A stretch of 64,000 nucleotides of DNA. Source: Pseudobdellovibrionaceae bacterium. Its GTDB lineage: Bacteria; Bdellovibrionota; Bdellovibrionia; Bdellovibrionales; UBA1609. The translations under genes were made by a program, and so were the position numbers. Positions 51,971 through 61,364 of this stretch are shown one piece after another. The notes under the pieces were generated by a model. That model did no database searches, was not told the DNA's origin, and saw nothing but the letters and a program-made list of their open reading frames with translations. The first letter of the stretch is position 1. Each line of letters opens with the position of its first letter. Location: contig JAMLIO010000003.1 of assembly GCA_023954155.1 (NCBI GenBank), forward strand, positions 216,920-280,919, in the 5' to 3' direction.

Positions 51971-53449
51971 TTACAGCCACGCTGGTGAATACAATGTGAA
52001 TAAAAGTCCCACAATCTCTTCTTCTTGCAGATTATGTTCATTGGCAAAAGACCGCAGTCCATAATAGAACTTCACACCTAACTCATGTTCTTTAAAAATA
52101 TCTTTGGTTCTAAAATCCAAATATCCAACGTAGCTGAGACGATCTTTGGCCTTGGTCTCTTTGATGATGTCTTTCACGGCATCTTCAACCCCACCAACCG
52201 CATAGCTCACATCCAAGCCTAAGCGTGCTGAATGAGAATCTTCAGCAAGAATTTTATATTTAAGCCTTGTAGCTAAGCCAAAAACTTTGTTCTTTTCAAT
52301 GGTGACTAGGAATGCGTTTTCATAAAGAAACGCCTCTTCGTTGACTTCAAAGTCCAAACCAAAACCAAACCTAGTGCTTTCAAAATCAAACATCAAAGCG
52401 GCTCTAAATAGATCTGGAGCTTCTCCATCCCAAGAGTATAAAGATGGCGCATTGTTATGTTCATAGTCTTGCTTGTGACCAGAAACACGTATTCCCATCC
52501 AAGTGCTTTGAGAGCTGGTTAAACTCCATTGGATGGCGGCTTCTGCATTGTAGTTGATCTTTGAAATCCAATCCGCAGTGCCTGGTCCCACTTGATTTTC
52601 TACATGAAGCGAGTTGTAGTATCCACCAATCCCTAATTTGTAACGGATAAAATTTCCTGCCTTTGCAAAGGGGCGATCTTCGTCAGAAGACACACGCGCT
52701 GGAGATGAAGCAACTTCTGTTTGCGCTTGCACTACTGGCGCTGAAACTTCTCTATCTGGTAGTGTTGTATTGGAGGCCACACCTATATTCTGCAAAGGGT
52801 CCACTTCCAATTGTGATTGCATTTCCAGAGTCAGACTTTTCGGCAGATACTTGTTATTAAACGACTGATCTTGAGGGGCGTCTACATTATTTGTCTTTGG
52901 CGCAGTTGCTGGAGAAGGCGTGTTTGTGGGTTGACGATAATGCACTTTGCTCTCGGCCTGCCACGTATTACTATGAAGGCTAGGTTTTTTTAATTTTGCC
53001 ATTGTGGGCAGCACGCTCACTGTTTCTTTTAAAGCACTCGCCATGTTAGGAGTAAGATTGGAGAACTCTATATCAACTCTGCGATTTTTTTCCCTACCTG
53101 CTTCAGTAGTATTACTGGCAATGGGCATTACAGAGCCCACCCCTTTACTGATCAGACGCTCTGGAGCAATTCCTCGCTTGATCAAATAGTCAGAAATAAA
53201 TAAGGCACGTTTTTGTGATAAAAATTTATTGCTATAGTCTTTACCAATATTGTCGGAATGTCCTGTAATCAATGCTTGTGCTGTCGGAAAATCTACCATC
53301 ACCTGATAGAGCTGATCCAAAACTTGCTGACTTCGTTTTGTCACCTCAGCTTTGCCAAATACAAACTGTGTACGCAAAGTAATATCCACCGTTTCTGCTT
53401 TGGCAACGCACGCACAAAGCAAAACCCCCACCCATAATAATATACGCAT
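51971..53449 (-). CDS. OmpA-domain protein with the peptidoglycan-binding domain at the N-terminus and a beta-barrel-like C-terminal half
   Basis: The OmpA_C-like motif is ITGHSDNIGKDYSNKFLSQKRALFISDYL...NRRVDIEF, near the N-terminus. The start is set at MRILLWVGVLLCACVAKA (ATG 53449, GAGGG upstream), not the track's 53542. Confidence 0.75.
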   Translation of the reverse strand: MRILLWVGVLLCACVAKAETVDITLRTQFVFGKAEVTKRSQQVLDQLYQVMVDFPTAQALITGHSDNIGKDYSNKFLSQKRALFISDYLIKRGIAPERLISKGVGSVMPIASNTTEAGREKNRRVDIEFSNLTPNMASALKETVSVLPTMAKLKKPSLHSNTWQAESKVHYRQPTNTPSPATAPKTNNVDAPQDQSFNNKYLPKSLTLEMQSQLEVDPLQNIGVASNTTLPDREVSAPVVQAQTEVASSPARVSSDEDRPFAKAGNFIRYKLGIGGYYNSLHVENQVGPGTADWISKINYNAEAAIQWSLTSSQSTWMGIRVSGHKQDYEHNNAPSLYSWDGEAPDLFRAALMFDFESTRFGFGLDFEVNEEAFLYENAFLVTIEKNKVFGLATRLKYKILAEDSHSARLGLDVSYAVGGVEDAVKDIIKETKAKDRLSYVGYLDFRTKDIFKEHELGVKFYYGLRSFANEHNLQEEEIVGLLFTLYSPAWL

Positions 53450-53626
53450 AGCAATTCCCTCTATCTCATATATTATTTTGGATTCACACCCAGCAATGTC
53501 AATGAGAGGGGGCGCTTCAAGGCTTTTCTTGCCTTTAGACAAGAAAATATAAATAAATATTTAACATGTCTCTAGACAAAAATCCTAACTGGATAAAAGG
53601 AATACTAGACAGAAGTTTTACAAACT

Positions 53627-53653
53627 AAAAAGCCCATCAACGATGGGCTTTTT
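53627..53653. terminator. Bidirectional rho-independent terminator
   Basis: AAAAAGCCCATcaacgATGGGCTTTTT has a 7-bp stem (53631-53637 / 53643-53649) flanked by an A-run and a T-run. It lies 40 nt downstream of the minus-strand gene ending at 53694. Confidence 0.8.
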
Positions 53654-53693
53654 GATTGCATGTAGTTTACAACAAAGATCTGATGTACTGCAC

Positions 53694-54248
53694 TTAAGGA
53701 CAGTATTTGCTCTTTTGGGATTCAGACAAAGACAGTCTTGAGTCTGGCTTAAAGTTTCTGATCAAGGTCTGAACGTCTTTATATTGAAGAGAAGGTGCGA
53801 TGTAGGATTTCCAATACTCTACAGCTCGCTCGCCTGAATAATCACAAAACTGTCTTAATGCGACTGCAGAAACATATCCTGAAGCATGAACGCCATACCA
53901 GCAGTGCACATATACTGGACCTGAGTTTCTTTGGATATTGTTATAAATGTCTTCAAGAATAGGTTGGGGTTTCTTCCAGTTTTTTTGCGAATAACGAATT
54001 TCACCCGCATTACATCTCACCGTGGGCTTGGAAGGTTTACCATATAGAAAATAAGCTTGGTTAAATCCACTCTCACATAATGCTTTGAGTGAACTTTCTT
54101 TCATAGCAGCTCTGCCCACGCCTTCTGTTGTACCACCACGGTAAAGCGCACCTGGCATCACTTCATAAAATCTTTGTAAATTTCCAACACTGGCGTTAGC
54201 GCCTAAAGACAGGCCAAAAACGGTAAAAAGAATTAAAGTTTTAAACAC
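53694..54248 (-). CDS. Secreted protein with a PTP/DSP-like HCxxGxxxSG loop (catalytic Arg position is Ala)
   Basis: 184 aa with a signal peptide. VYVHCWYGVHASGY aligns with the phosphatase P-loop VHCxAGxxRSG but lacks the Arg. Confidence 0.35.
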   Translation of the reverse strand: MFKTLILFTVFGLSLGANASVGNLQRFYEVMPGALYRGGTTEGVGRAAMKESSLKALCESGFNQAYFLYGKPSKPTVRCNAGEIRYSQKNWKKPQPILEDIYNNIQRNSGPVYVHCWYGVHASGYVSAVALRQFCDYSGERAVEYWKSYIAPSLQYKDVQTLIRNFKPDSRLSLSESQKSKYCP

Positions 54249-54320
54249 GAGACCACCTTTTTTTATTTGTCATTGATGGTCGTGTTCTATGAAAGTTGGG
54301 CTATAAATGCAAGGGCTTTT

Positions 54321-55715
54321 TCAGCCCCAAGCAAAGGCCAAGAGTAGCCCTGAAATAACTACACCCGATGCAACGAGAACCATAAAACAAAAGCCTAAAA
54401 TCTCTTTCACTTGAATATTAGCAATAGCCAGTAAGGGCAAAGCCCAAAAGGGTTGAAGCATATTTGTCCAGGCATCACCCCATGCTACAGCCATAACCGT
54501 GAGAGGAATGTCCGCACCCAACTCTTGAGCCGCTGGAAGCATCACAGGAGCCTGCACCGCCCACTGTCCTCCCCCTGACGGGATAAATAGATTCACAAGC
54601 CCCGCACTCCAAAAGGTCATCAAAGGAAGAGTCGCTTTATTAGAAATTTCGACAAAAAATACAGAGAGCACCTCGGCCAAACCCGAATGCACCATAATCC
54701 CCATAATGCCTGCGTATAGCGGGTATTGCACCAATAAGGGACCTAACTTGCCCGCTGCCTCTTCAACCGCCTTTAAAAAGGACCTTGGAGTTTTATGTAA
54801 GATCAGACCTAAGAATAAAAATATAAAATTGATAGAGTTCAAGTCTAGTGTGAATTTCTGACTCCACAAGATCTGCACCACATAGATCAATCCCAAAACA
54901 AATAAGATCAAAGATACACCACGATGATTTTCTAACCATTCCGAAAAGGCTCGAGATGACGGCACACTCTCTGTGGATTTTGCACCTAACAGGGTGCGAT
55001 CAACCACCTCAGAGTATTCAGAAGGTTCTCCTGTTGCCTCTCTCCCCTTAGGCTGTAATGCTGGTGTCCAATGGCCCTCATGCGCATTGAGCTTGTGCAT
55101 GTACCAATTCAAAGCAGGAATGGTGACGGCCAATACAAATAAAGTTGTAAGGTTAAACCCAGAAAATAAAGTCTGCCCAACAGGAAGGATCCCGCCCACC
55201 CACTCTTGCGAAAAATTTCCTGGGGTGTTGACCACCAGAGGAATGGAACCCGAAAGTCCTCCATGCCAAAATAAAAATCCACTGTAAGCAGAGGCGACTA
55301 GCACTCTAAAGTTTATGTTCTTATGGACTCTTGCTGTCTCGAGAGCAAAGAAGGCCCCGACCACCAAGCCTAAACCCCAGTTGATATAAGCTCCAAACGC
55401 AGAGACCAAAGAAACTAACACTATGGCCTGTCCTGGAGTTTTTGCTAACTTCGCCAAAAACTGTAATAGTCTCTTAACTGGCGGGGATGCAGCTACAATA
55501 TAACCCGTAAAAAGGATCATCACCATTTGTAAAGTAAAGGTGATCAAAGACCAAAACCCATCTCCCCAATAGCGTACGTTGTCTAAAGGTGTCGACGCCG
55601 TAAATAAAGAAGACAGCAAGATCACCAAAAGCGTTAAGCCAATGGCAATGACAAAAGGATCAGGCGTGTACCTTCTTAAGACTTTATCGAGTGCTTTTAA
55701 AATTTTCTGTAGCAT
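54321..55715 (-). CDS. atoE: Short-chain fatty acid transporter (AtoE/TIGR00366 family)
   Basis: 464 aa and polytopic. The N-terminal LRRYTPDPFVIAIGLTLLV and overall pattern are typical of AtoE-like transporters. Confidence 0.7.
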   Translation of the reverse strand: MLQKILKALDKVLRRYTPDPFVIAIGLTLLVILLSSLFTASTPLDNVRYWGDGFWSLITFTLQMVMILFTGYIVAASPPVKRLLQFLAKLAKTPGQAIVLVSLVSAFGAYINWGLGLVVGAFFALETARVHKNINFRVLVASAYSGFLFWHGGLSGSIPLVVNTPGNFSQEWVGGILPVGQTLFSGFNLTTLFVLAVTIPALNWYMHKLNAHEGHWTPALQPKGREATGEPSEYSEVVDRTLLGAKSTESVPSSRAFSEWLENHRGVSLILFVLGLIYVVQILWSQKFTLDLNSINFIFLFLGLILHKTPRSFLKAVEEAAGKLGPLLVQYPLYAGIMGIMVHSGLAEVLSVFFVEISNKATLPLMTFWSAGLVNLFIPSGGGQWAVQAPVMLPAAQELGADIPLTVMAVAWGDAWTNMLQPFWALPLLAIANIQVKEILGFCFMVLVASGVVISGLLLAFAWG

Positions 55716-55775
55716 AAGCTAGTAGTTTAGAAGTCTCATTTTAAAAAGCAATTTGTATTTTCAATCTATTCTTTT

Positions 55776-55874
55776 ACGGAATACACGGAATACACGGAAT
55801 ACACGGAATACACGGAATACACGGAATACACGGAATACACGGAATACACGGAATACACGGAATACACGGAATAC
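55776..55874. repeat. Perfect 9-bp tandem repeat (ACGGAATAC) x11
   Basis: Counted directly: 11 identical units from 55776 to 55874. A short inverted copy follows (CGGAA-TACAT-TTCCG, about 55867-55881). It lies 61-160 bp upstream of the atoE-like start codon on the minus strand. Confidence 0.95.
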
Positions 55875-55914
55875 ATTTCCGTAGATTTACACTTAAAACA
55901 AGGTAGATTTTAAG

Positions 55915-56307
55915 CTAAGGCTCAATCACACCGTAGGCTTGCAATAAAGCTTTCACATTCATATCAATGGCTTTACTGGCATCATGAGCGTTGTACATTA
56001 AGATTCTTACTGTTTCATAAGAATCTTCAGACAAAGCCGCGCCTTTACCTCGATAACCGCAAGAACGATCTAAGAGCACCATAGTGTACCCTTTATCCAT
56101 ATAGGATTGAATTTCAGTGTAACTTTGGGAATCAAAATAAACTCTATGAGCATCATCTTCAAATTTAGGGCCTTGGCATTTGGCTTTTACTTCAAATTCG
56201 TAATACACAATTTCAGACTGTACAGGGATAGCACCTGAATTTAAAACCGCAGCAAACACATTGACTGCAAATGCCTGACTTAAAATAACCATCCAAATTT
56301 TTGTCAT
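55915..56307 (-). CDS. Hypothetical secreted protein
   Basis: 130 aa with signal peptide MVILSQAFAVNVFAA. Confidence 0.5.
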   Translation of the reverse strand: MTKIWMVILSQAFAVNVFAAVLNSGAIPVQSEIVYYEFEVKAKCQGPKFEDDAHRVYFDSQSYTEIQSYMDKGYTMVLLDRSCGYRGKGAALSEDSYETVRILMYNAHDASKAIDMNVKALLQAYGVIEP

Positions 56308-56880
56308 AAAAACCCCTCATTTTGAAATTCTACACTTTGAGGCTCACCACGTCTTAGGTGGTTCTACATCGAGAATTACTGCTTTATGCCCAATTCACAT
56401 CTCAAGGGTAGGAACCACAGATATAAAAAAAGTCTGGCTGTTTCTCTAGTGATTTTCGCAGAAACACAGCGAGTCAATTCCTGCGAAACCCTCTTTATTT
56501 GCAGATAAAGCCCTTTCTATAAAATTTATATTTTTATTTTTTGGCTTGCCTCTTTTAGATTTGTTCTTGTGTCTCAAACCTAGACGTAAAGTTGAAGTGG
56601 CAAGCAGCCTCTGTTATACTTTTTTTGTCAGGCTCCTAAAGCTTGATGTCTTATGAGAAACTAACCTTAACTCTATTCTTTTTGTGATCAAAACTTCATG
56701 CTGCTTAAGCTGCGTGTTTGTTTCTGTAATTTTGCAAATCATTTTTAAAAGACCTTTTTCATTTTAGCTTAGATTTTATGGCGCGTTGAATTCCAACTTC
56801 ATTTCAACAGGTTGGAATTGTCCCGATTCGGTGGACAGGTTTTGATTTGAATATGATTTCATTCCTTTTAGGGTTAGTTT

Positions 56881-58689
56881 ATGAAAACAAGTTTATTTTA
56901 TATAAAGGCACAGTCCTTATCTTACGAACTTCCATCTGGCGTTGTGATTTTTGAGAATCTCAATTTTATGCTGGGACCCACACGCTATGGGCTTGTGGGC
57001 GACAACGGAATTGGCAAGAGCACCTTAGCACGCCTACTCGCGGGCTTACTGCCACCCACTTCAGGCCAAATCCTCAGTAGCGACCCTCACTTTGCCTCAC
57101 AAGTGGTCCTCCTAGAGCAAAACCTCACACCTTGGCAGGTGAAGGCCGTCAAATACAGTCCCACTGATAATCCCACGTATCCATCCCAACACAATAGCTT
57201 GAAATCACATTTGAATATCTCCCCACTCAACAACTTGAACTCACACTCAGACATATCCCCATCTCAGTATGAGATCACGGGTGATATGTATTTAGCAGAC
57301 TTATGGGACAGTCCCACCGCAGATCCTGAAATGTGGTCCTCTCTCATTGAAGGCATAGATTTAGCTTTACCACTAAAATATTTAAGTGGTGGCCAATGGA
57401 TGCGGTTACGTTTAGCCAAAACTCTGTCTTTAACGTGTTCGCTTCTTATTTTAGATGAACCGACAAATAATCTGGATGCCGAAGGCAAAGCGAAAATTTT
57501 TGCTTTTGTGCGATCTTATAAGGACTCACCTTTATTGATCATCAGTCACGACAGAGAGCTTTTGAATTTAGTGGATACAACTTTAGAACTCACAAACCAA
57601 GGTATATCTGTCTTTGGTGGTCCCTTTGATTTCTATCAAGAGGAAAAACTTAAAGAACGACAAAATCAAAAAAGAGAGCTGGAGTTTTTAAAACATCAAA
57701 AAAAGAAAGTAGAACAAGATTGGATTCAAAAAAATACAAAACAGGAAAAGCGTATGCGAAATGCCAAAAAGAACATTTCCAATATGGGACTTTCACGCCT
57801 ATCAGCGGGATTAAAAAAACGAAATGCAGAAAATACGCTGAGCAAAATTCAACGACAAGAAAATGTACGGCTTCAAAAATCACAGCAGACTGTGGAAAAT
57901 GCTCTAGATAAACTTAAATTAGATCAAGCTATGCGCATTGATATCCCAAATATTTCCATTCCTAAGTGCAAAAAGATTTTTGAAATTCAAAATGGCAATA
58001 TTATTTTTTCTGGAAAGAAACCTTTGTGGAAAAATAATCTCAACCACATCGCCACTGGTCCTTGTCGTATTGCAATCCAAGGAAGCAATGGGATAGGAAA
58101 AAGCACGCTGGTGAGAGCCCTTCTCACCCAAAAACTAGGACTAGGAATAGCGCAAGAACTATCATCAATAAAGCGGCATGAAAGGCTGCAAAAAAAATCT
58201 CATGAAGAGATTTTAGAGCAAAACATCTTGGGGGCGGTTAAGGCCAAAGGAGCAACTCAAGAATTACAAACCCAACTCTTAGGACAATGGACCATGGGTT
58301 CGGTAAATACAGCGCTATTGGATCAAACCTACTCGCTACTTGATCCCAGACTTGATGTTTTGCAAAACATTTTAACCAGCACAACTATGGACCCCGATAT
58401 GGTTCGTAATAAACTTGCCCTTTTACAATTTGAAGACGACAAAGTATTTCAAAGCATTGAGTCTTTAAGTGGTGGCGAAAAGTTAAAAGTCAGTCTGGCC
58501 AAAATATTTTTTGCCACCCCAAGTCCTGAATTTTTAATTTTAGATGAACCTACCAATAACTTAGACCTTGCCAGTTTGGAAATTCTTGAATCTTGCTTAC
58601 AAGAATATAAAGGGGCACTCCTCATCATCTCTCACGACACCGTATTTTTAGAAAAGATCAAAATTGAAGATACAATATTTCTTTTTTAG
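56881..58689 (+). CDS. ABC-F family ATPase (two NBDs, no TMD)
   Basis: NBD1 has GDNGIGKST, LSGGQWMRLRLA and LLILDEPTNNLD. NBD2 has GSNGIGKST, LSGGEKLKVSLA and FLILDEPTNNLD. A charged inter-domain linker is present. Confidence 0.85.
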   Translation: MKTSLFYIKAQSLSYELPSGVVIFENLNFMLGPTRYGLVGDNGIGKSTLARLLAGLLPPTSGQILSSDPHFASQVVLLEQNLTPWQVKAVKYSPTDNPTYPSQHNSLKSHLNISPLNNLNSHSDISPSQYEITGDMYLADLWDSPTADPEMWSSLIEGIDLALPLKYLSGGQWMRLRLAKTLSLTCSLLILDEPTNNLDAEGKAKIFAFVRSYKDSPLLIISHDRELLNLVDTTLELTNQGISVFGGPFDFYQEEKLKERQNQKRELEFLKHQKKKVEQDWIQKNTKQEKRMRNAKKNISNMGLSRLSAGLKKRNAENTLSKIQRQENVRLQKSQQTVENALDKLKLDQAMRIDIPNISIPKCKKIFEIQNGNIIFSGKKPLWKNNLNHIATGPCRIAIQGSNGIGKSTLVRALLTQKLGLGIAQELSSIKRHERLQKKSHEEILEQNILGAVKAKGATQELQTQLLGQWTMGSVNTALLDQTYSLLDPRLDVLQNILTSTTMDPDMVRNKLALLQFEDDKVFQSIESLSGGEKLKVSLAKIFFATPSPEFLILDEPTNNLDLASLEILESCLQEYKGALLIISHDTVFLEKIKIEDTIFLF

Positions 58690-59612
58690 TCTGCCCACTC
58701 AGGATCAGCCGTAAACACGATGGTAAGCCAATAGTTAGGACCCTCTGCCCCTAACATCTTTTCTATTTCGTTGCGAATGTGATCCCATTCTTCTAAGCGC
58801 TTCGCAGGCCAGTCCGCTGGCACAATAAAGTACAATTCCACCTGACGCCCTCTTCCGACTCGTGCGACATACGCACGATAAGAAGCAAAGCCGTATGTTT
58901 TCACTGCTTCACGCGCCACTTTGTCCACTTGCTCTTTAAGATCCACAGGTGTGACCAGTAAAATGTCTTGCAAGGCTTTTTTAACAGTTCCAATAGGCAT
59001 AGGAATCACCGCTATACACACTAAAGCTAAAACTAAAGGATCAATATAGGGAGTGACCCATGCCCAATGCGTGTCTTGAATCATCAACCCCATTACAAAG
59101 GCCGCAAGCCACGCCAAAGATAGGGCGGCCGCGATGACCCATGCTTTAGCATCTAATGCCAAAAAGTCAGAGCGTATCTTATGGTTAGCCCTTAAAGTAA
59201 ATCCCGCCATGCCGATCTCAAGCACCAAAGAGATGGAGGCATACGTCACAGCATAACCAAATTCAATTTCTCTCCCGCCTGACAAAAAACTGTCTACGGC
59301 ATTGATAAACGCATAGGTCGCAGCACCAATCAGCATGATCCCATTTAGCCCCAACACCATGGGCTCAAGATGCCAGAAGCCCATCGTGAACCTTTCAACT
59401 AATTTAATATGGCTCACACTTCCTAAAGTGGAAATTCTAATCAGATTGGCAACCAAAAGAGCTAAGATGGTCATCATTGCATCTGTCAGTTCATAAATAC
59501 CATCAAACACAATCGCAGATGAACCCGCCAGTAGACCAAAGAAAATTCCAAAACATGACATCAAAAATGTCATCACAATTGAAAACTGAAGAACCCTTTG
59601 CTCTGAGTACAT
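58686..59612 (-). CDS. Cation diffusion facilitator family transporter
   Basis: 308 aa with 6 TM segments and a C-terminal cytoplasmic domain. FDGIYELTDA in TM2 and the overall CDF layout are present. The stop codons overlap convergently with the ABC-F gene. Confidence 0.7.
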   Translation of the reverse strand: MYSEQRVLQFSIVMTFLMSCFGIFFGLLAGSSAIVFDGIYELTDAMMTILALLVANLIRISTLGSVSHIKLVERFTMGFWHLEPMVLGLNGIMLIGAATYAFINAVDSFLSGGREIEFGYAVTYASISLVLEIGMAGFTLRANHKIRSDFLALDAKAWVIAAALSLAWLAAFVMGLMIQDTHWAWVTPYIDPLVLALVCIAVIPMPIGTVKKALQDILLVTPVDLKEQVDKVAREAVKTYGFASYRAYVARVGRGRQVELYFIVPADWPAKRLEEWDHIRNEIEKMLGAEGPNYWLTIVFTADPEWAD

Positions 59613-59762
59613 AAAACCCTAACCCTTAAAACACTTTTGTGCCTTTATAGAGGTCAAAAAATTTAAAAGCTTATCTTGTAAAGATGAAAAAAAATGCTTT
59701 TTAGGCTTTGTGGGCCTAGAACTTTATTTTAATTCTAGGCCATTTTAGGGTCAATTATGGGA

Positions 59763-61184
59763 CTAATTTACTAGCTGTTGAAATAGTTTTTTAGCTGAAC
59801 TTAAATCGAAAAGAAGCTTTCCTGCAGCGTTTGTAGATTTTAAAATCTCAGTAGCCTCTAAAGTGTTTGTTACCATTAGGGCTAGATCTTGATCTGTAAT
59901 ATGAAATTCTGTTTTTAAGAGCTGATAGATAGGACCTTGGTTTTGAAAGTCTTCGTTCAAAGCTAATAGACGGTCGTAAGTGTCTTGGTCGATATGACGA
60001 ATGTTCTGTAACATTTTTGTTCTTTTTGTGAAGTTCGTATATCCACGGTACACACCCGCATCGTTATCATTGATACGTGTTCTTTGCACAAGAACGGTCT
60101 TTGCTCCATCAACTTCTTGTGGGTAAACGATCTTACTCATTAAAGATCGAAGTGTATCCACATTATCACCGTTTGCATCTTCAAGTTTTTGCGATTGCAC
60201 TTTACCTTCTGCATCCACCCAATAGTAGTACCAACGGAAGTCAATGTTACCAATACGATCTTGTTGGTTCAGAATATGATCTAAAATTACAATTTCTGTA
60301 AGTTCTTTCATCCATAATGCCATTTGGAAATCAGAAGCTCCGCCACCCATTGCTTTTTTTATCACAGCATTTTTTTGCGCTGAGGCCAAACCGTCTGCGA
60401 TAGCTTCTAACAATGGTTTTTCACTTTTTAAAGCTACAAATGCAGGTGTTTCTTGGAACTCATAATTTTGTTTATCACCCCATGATGTGCGTATTCCATT
60501 GATCTGTTCACCATAACGTTCACCGCCTCCATCACCTAACATTCCATAGATAAGGTCGGCACGTTCATCAGCAAAGAAGTCCGCGCGTTTGGATAAGTTT
60601 TGCGCAGGACGAGTTTCAAAATCATAAAGCCACTTCCAACCTTCACGAATCTTATCACCTTTACCCATTCTTTTTTGATAAGCTTTTTTTGTCACTCGGT
60701 CTAAGTGGGCCTTACGATCCATCGAACGATATACTGCAACGGGCACCTTAACAGATGTGTCAAAGTATCGAGACAAATGGTAGTAAACAAATGAGGAAGG
60801 CGCATAGGTTCCACTTGTGCCTTTCATATTTAAAGTTTGTTTATACTTTGTGATCTTGTCATGTCCTGCTTTAGAACCACCACAAGATCTTTGAGCTTCA
60901 TACTTTTCTTGCGTTAAGCCTGATTTTGAAATGTCATAAAGCATTGTGGCTGGGCTTGTGCTCCAAGTTTTAGGACAAAGAGCTACTGTAGGGTCATTGT
61001 AAAAATCAATAGCACATAAGGCAGTTTCATCTTCAATGTCACCTTTGGAGTACTTCGCATTAGGAAGCTTTGGTAAGGCTCGGCACACCTCTGTGATTCC
61101 ATTTGGAGAGACGTAGGTCACCGTCTGGGCATTTGCTGCCACCCCTATAAATAGTGTTGAAATTAAAATTACCAATGACTTCAT
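59763..61184 (-). CDS. Hypothetical secreted protein with a kinase-like catalytic-loop motif
   Basis: 473 aa with signal peptide LFIGVAANAQ. VILDHILNQQDRIGNIDF resembles the DRxxN catalytic loop of PI3/4-kinase-like or atypical kinases (weak). Confidence 0.4.
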   Translation of the reverse strand: MKSLVILISTLFIGVAANAQTVTYVSPNGITEVCRALPKLPNAKYSKGDIEDETALCAIDFYNDPTVALCPKTWSTSPATMLYDISKSGLTQEKYEAQRSCGGSKAGHDKITKYKQTLNMKGTSGTYAPSSFVYYHLSRYFDTSVKVPVAVYRSMDRKAHLDRVTKKAYQKRMGKGDKIREGWKWLYDFETRPAQNLSKRADFFADERADLIYGMLGDGGGERYGEQINGIRTSWGDKQNYEFQETPAFVALKSEKPLLEAIADGLASAQKNAVIKKAMGGGASDFQMALWMKELTEIVILDHILNQQDRIGNIDFRWYYYWVDAEGKVQSQKLEDANGDNVDTLRSLMSKIVYPQEVDGAKTVLVQRTRINDNDAGVYRGYTNFTKRTKMLQNIRHIDQDTYDRLLALNEDFQNQGPIYQLLKTEFHITDQDLALMVTNTLEATEILKSTNAAGKLLFDLSSAKKLFQQLVN

Positions 61185-61364
61185 TCTGCCCCCTTTAGTT
61201 CTTTAAAATACTTAAATTTTAATGGTTTGATTCTGTTTTATACGCACTAATAAAATGCCTTATAAAAAAGCACATACCACGACGCAGAGGACATGCGTCA
61301 AGGCTTAATGTATTTAGATTTCGTGATTTTTTTATGACTCTATGAGTCTAACAGATTCCTTATG

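Noticed and set aside
55776-55874. The tandem repeat array as a CRISPR array
   Set aside because: The unit is only 9 bp, the copies are contiguous with no spacers, and no cas genes are present. It is a microsatellite-type repeat.
59713-59741. The hairpin GGCCTAGAA-N11-TTCTAGGCC as a terminator for the gene ending at 59763
   Set aside because: The stem is good (9 bp), but on the minus strand it is not followed by a U-tract. It may be a weak or factor-dependent terminator, or a protein site, and is not confident enough to list as a feature.
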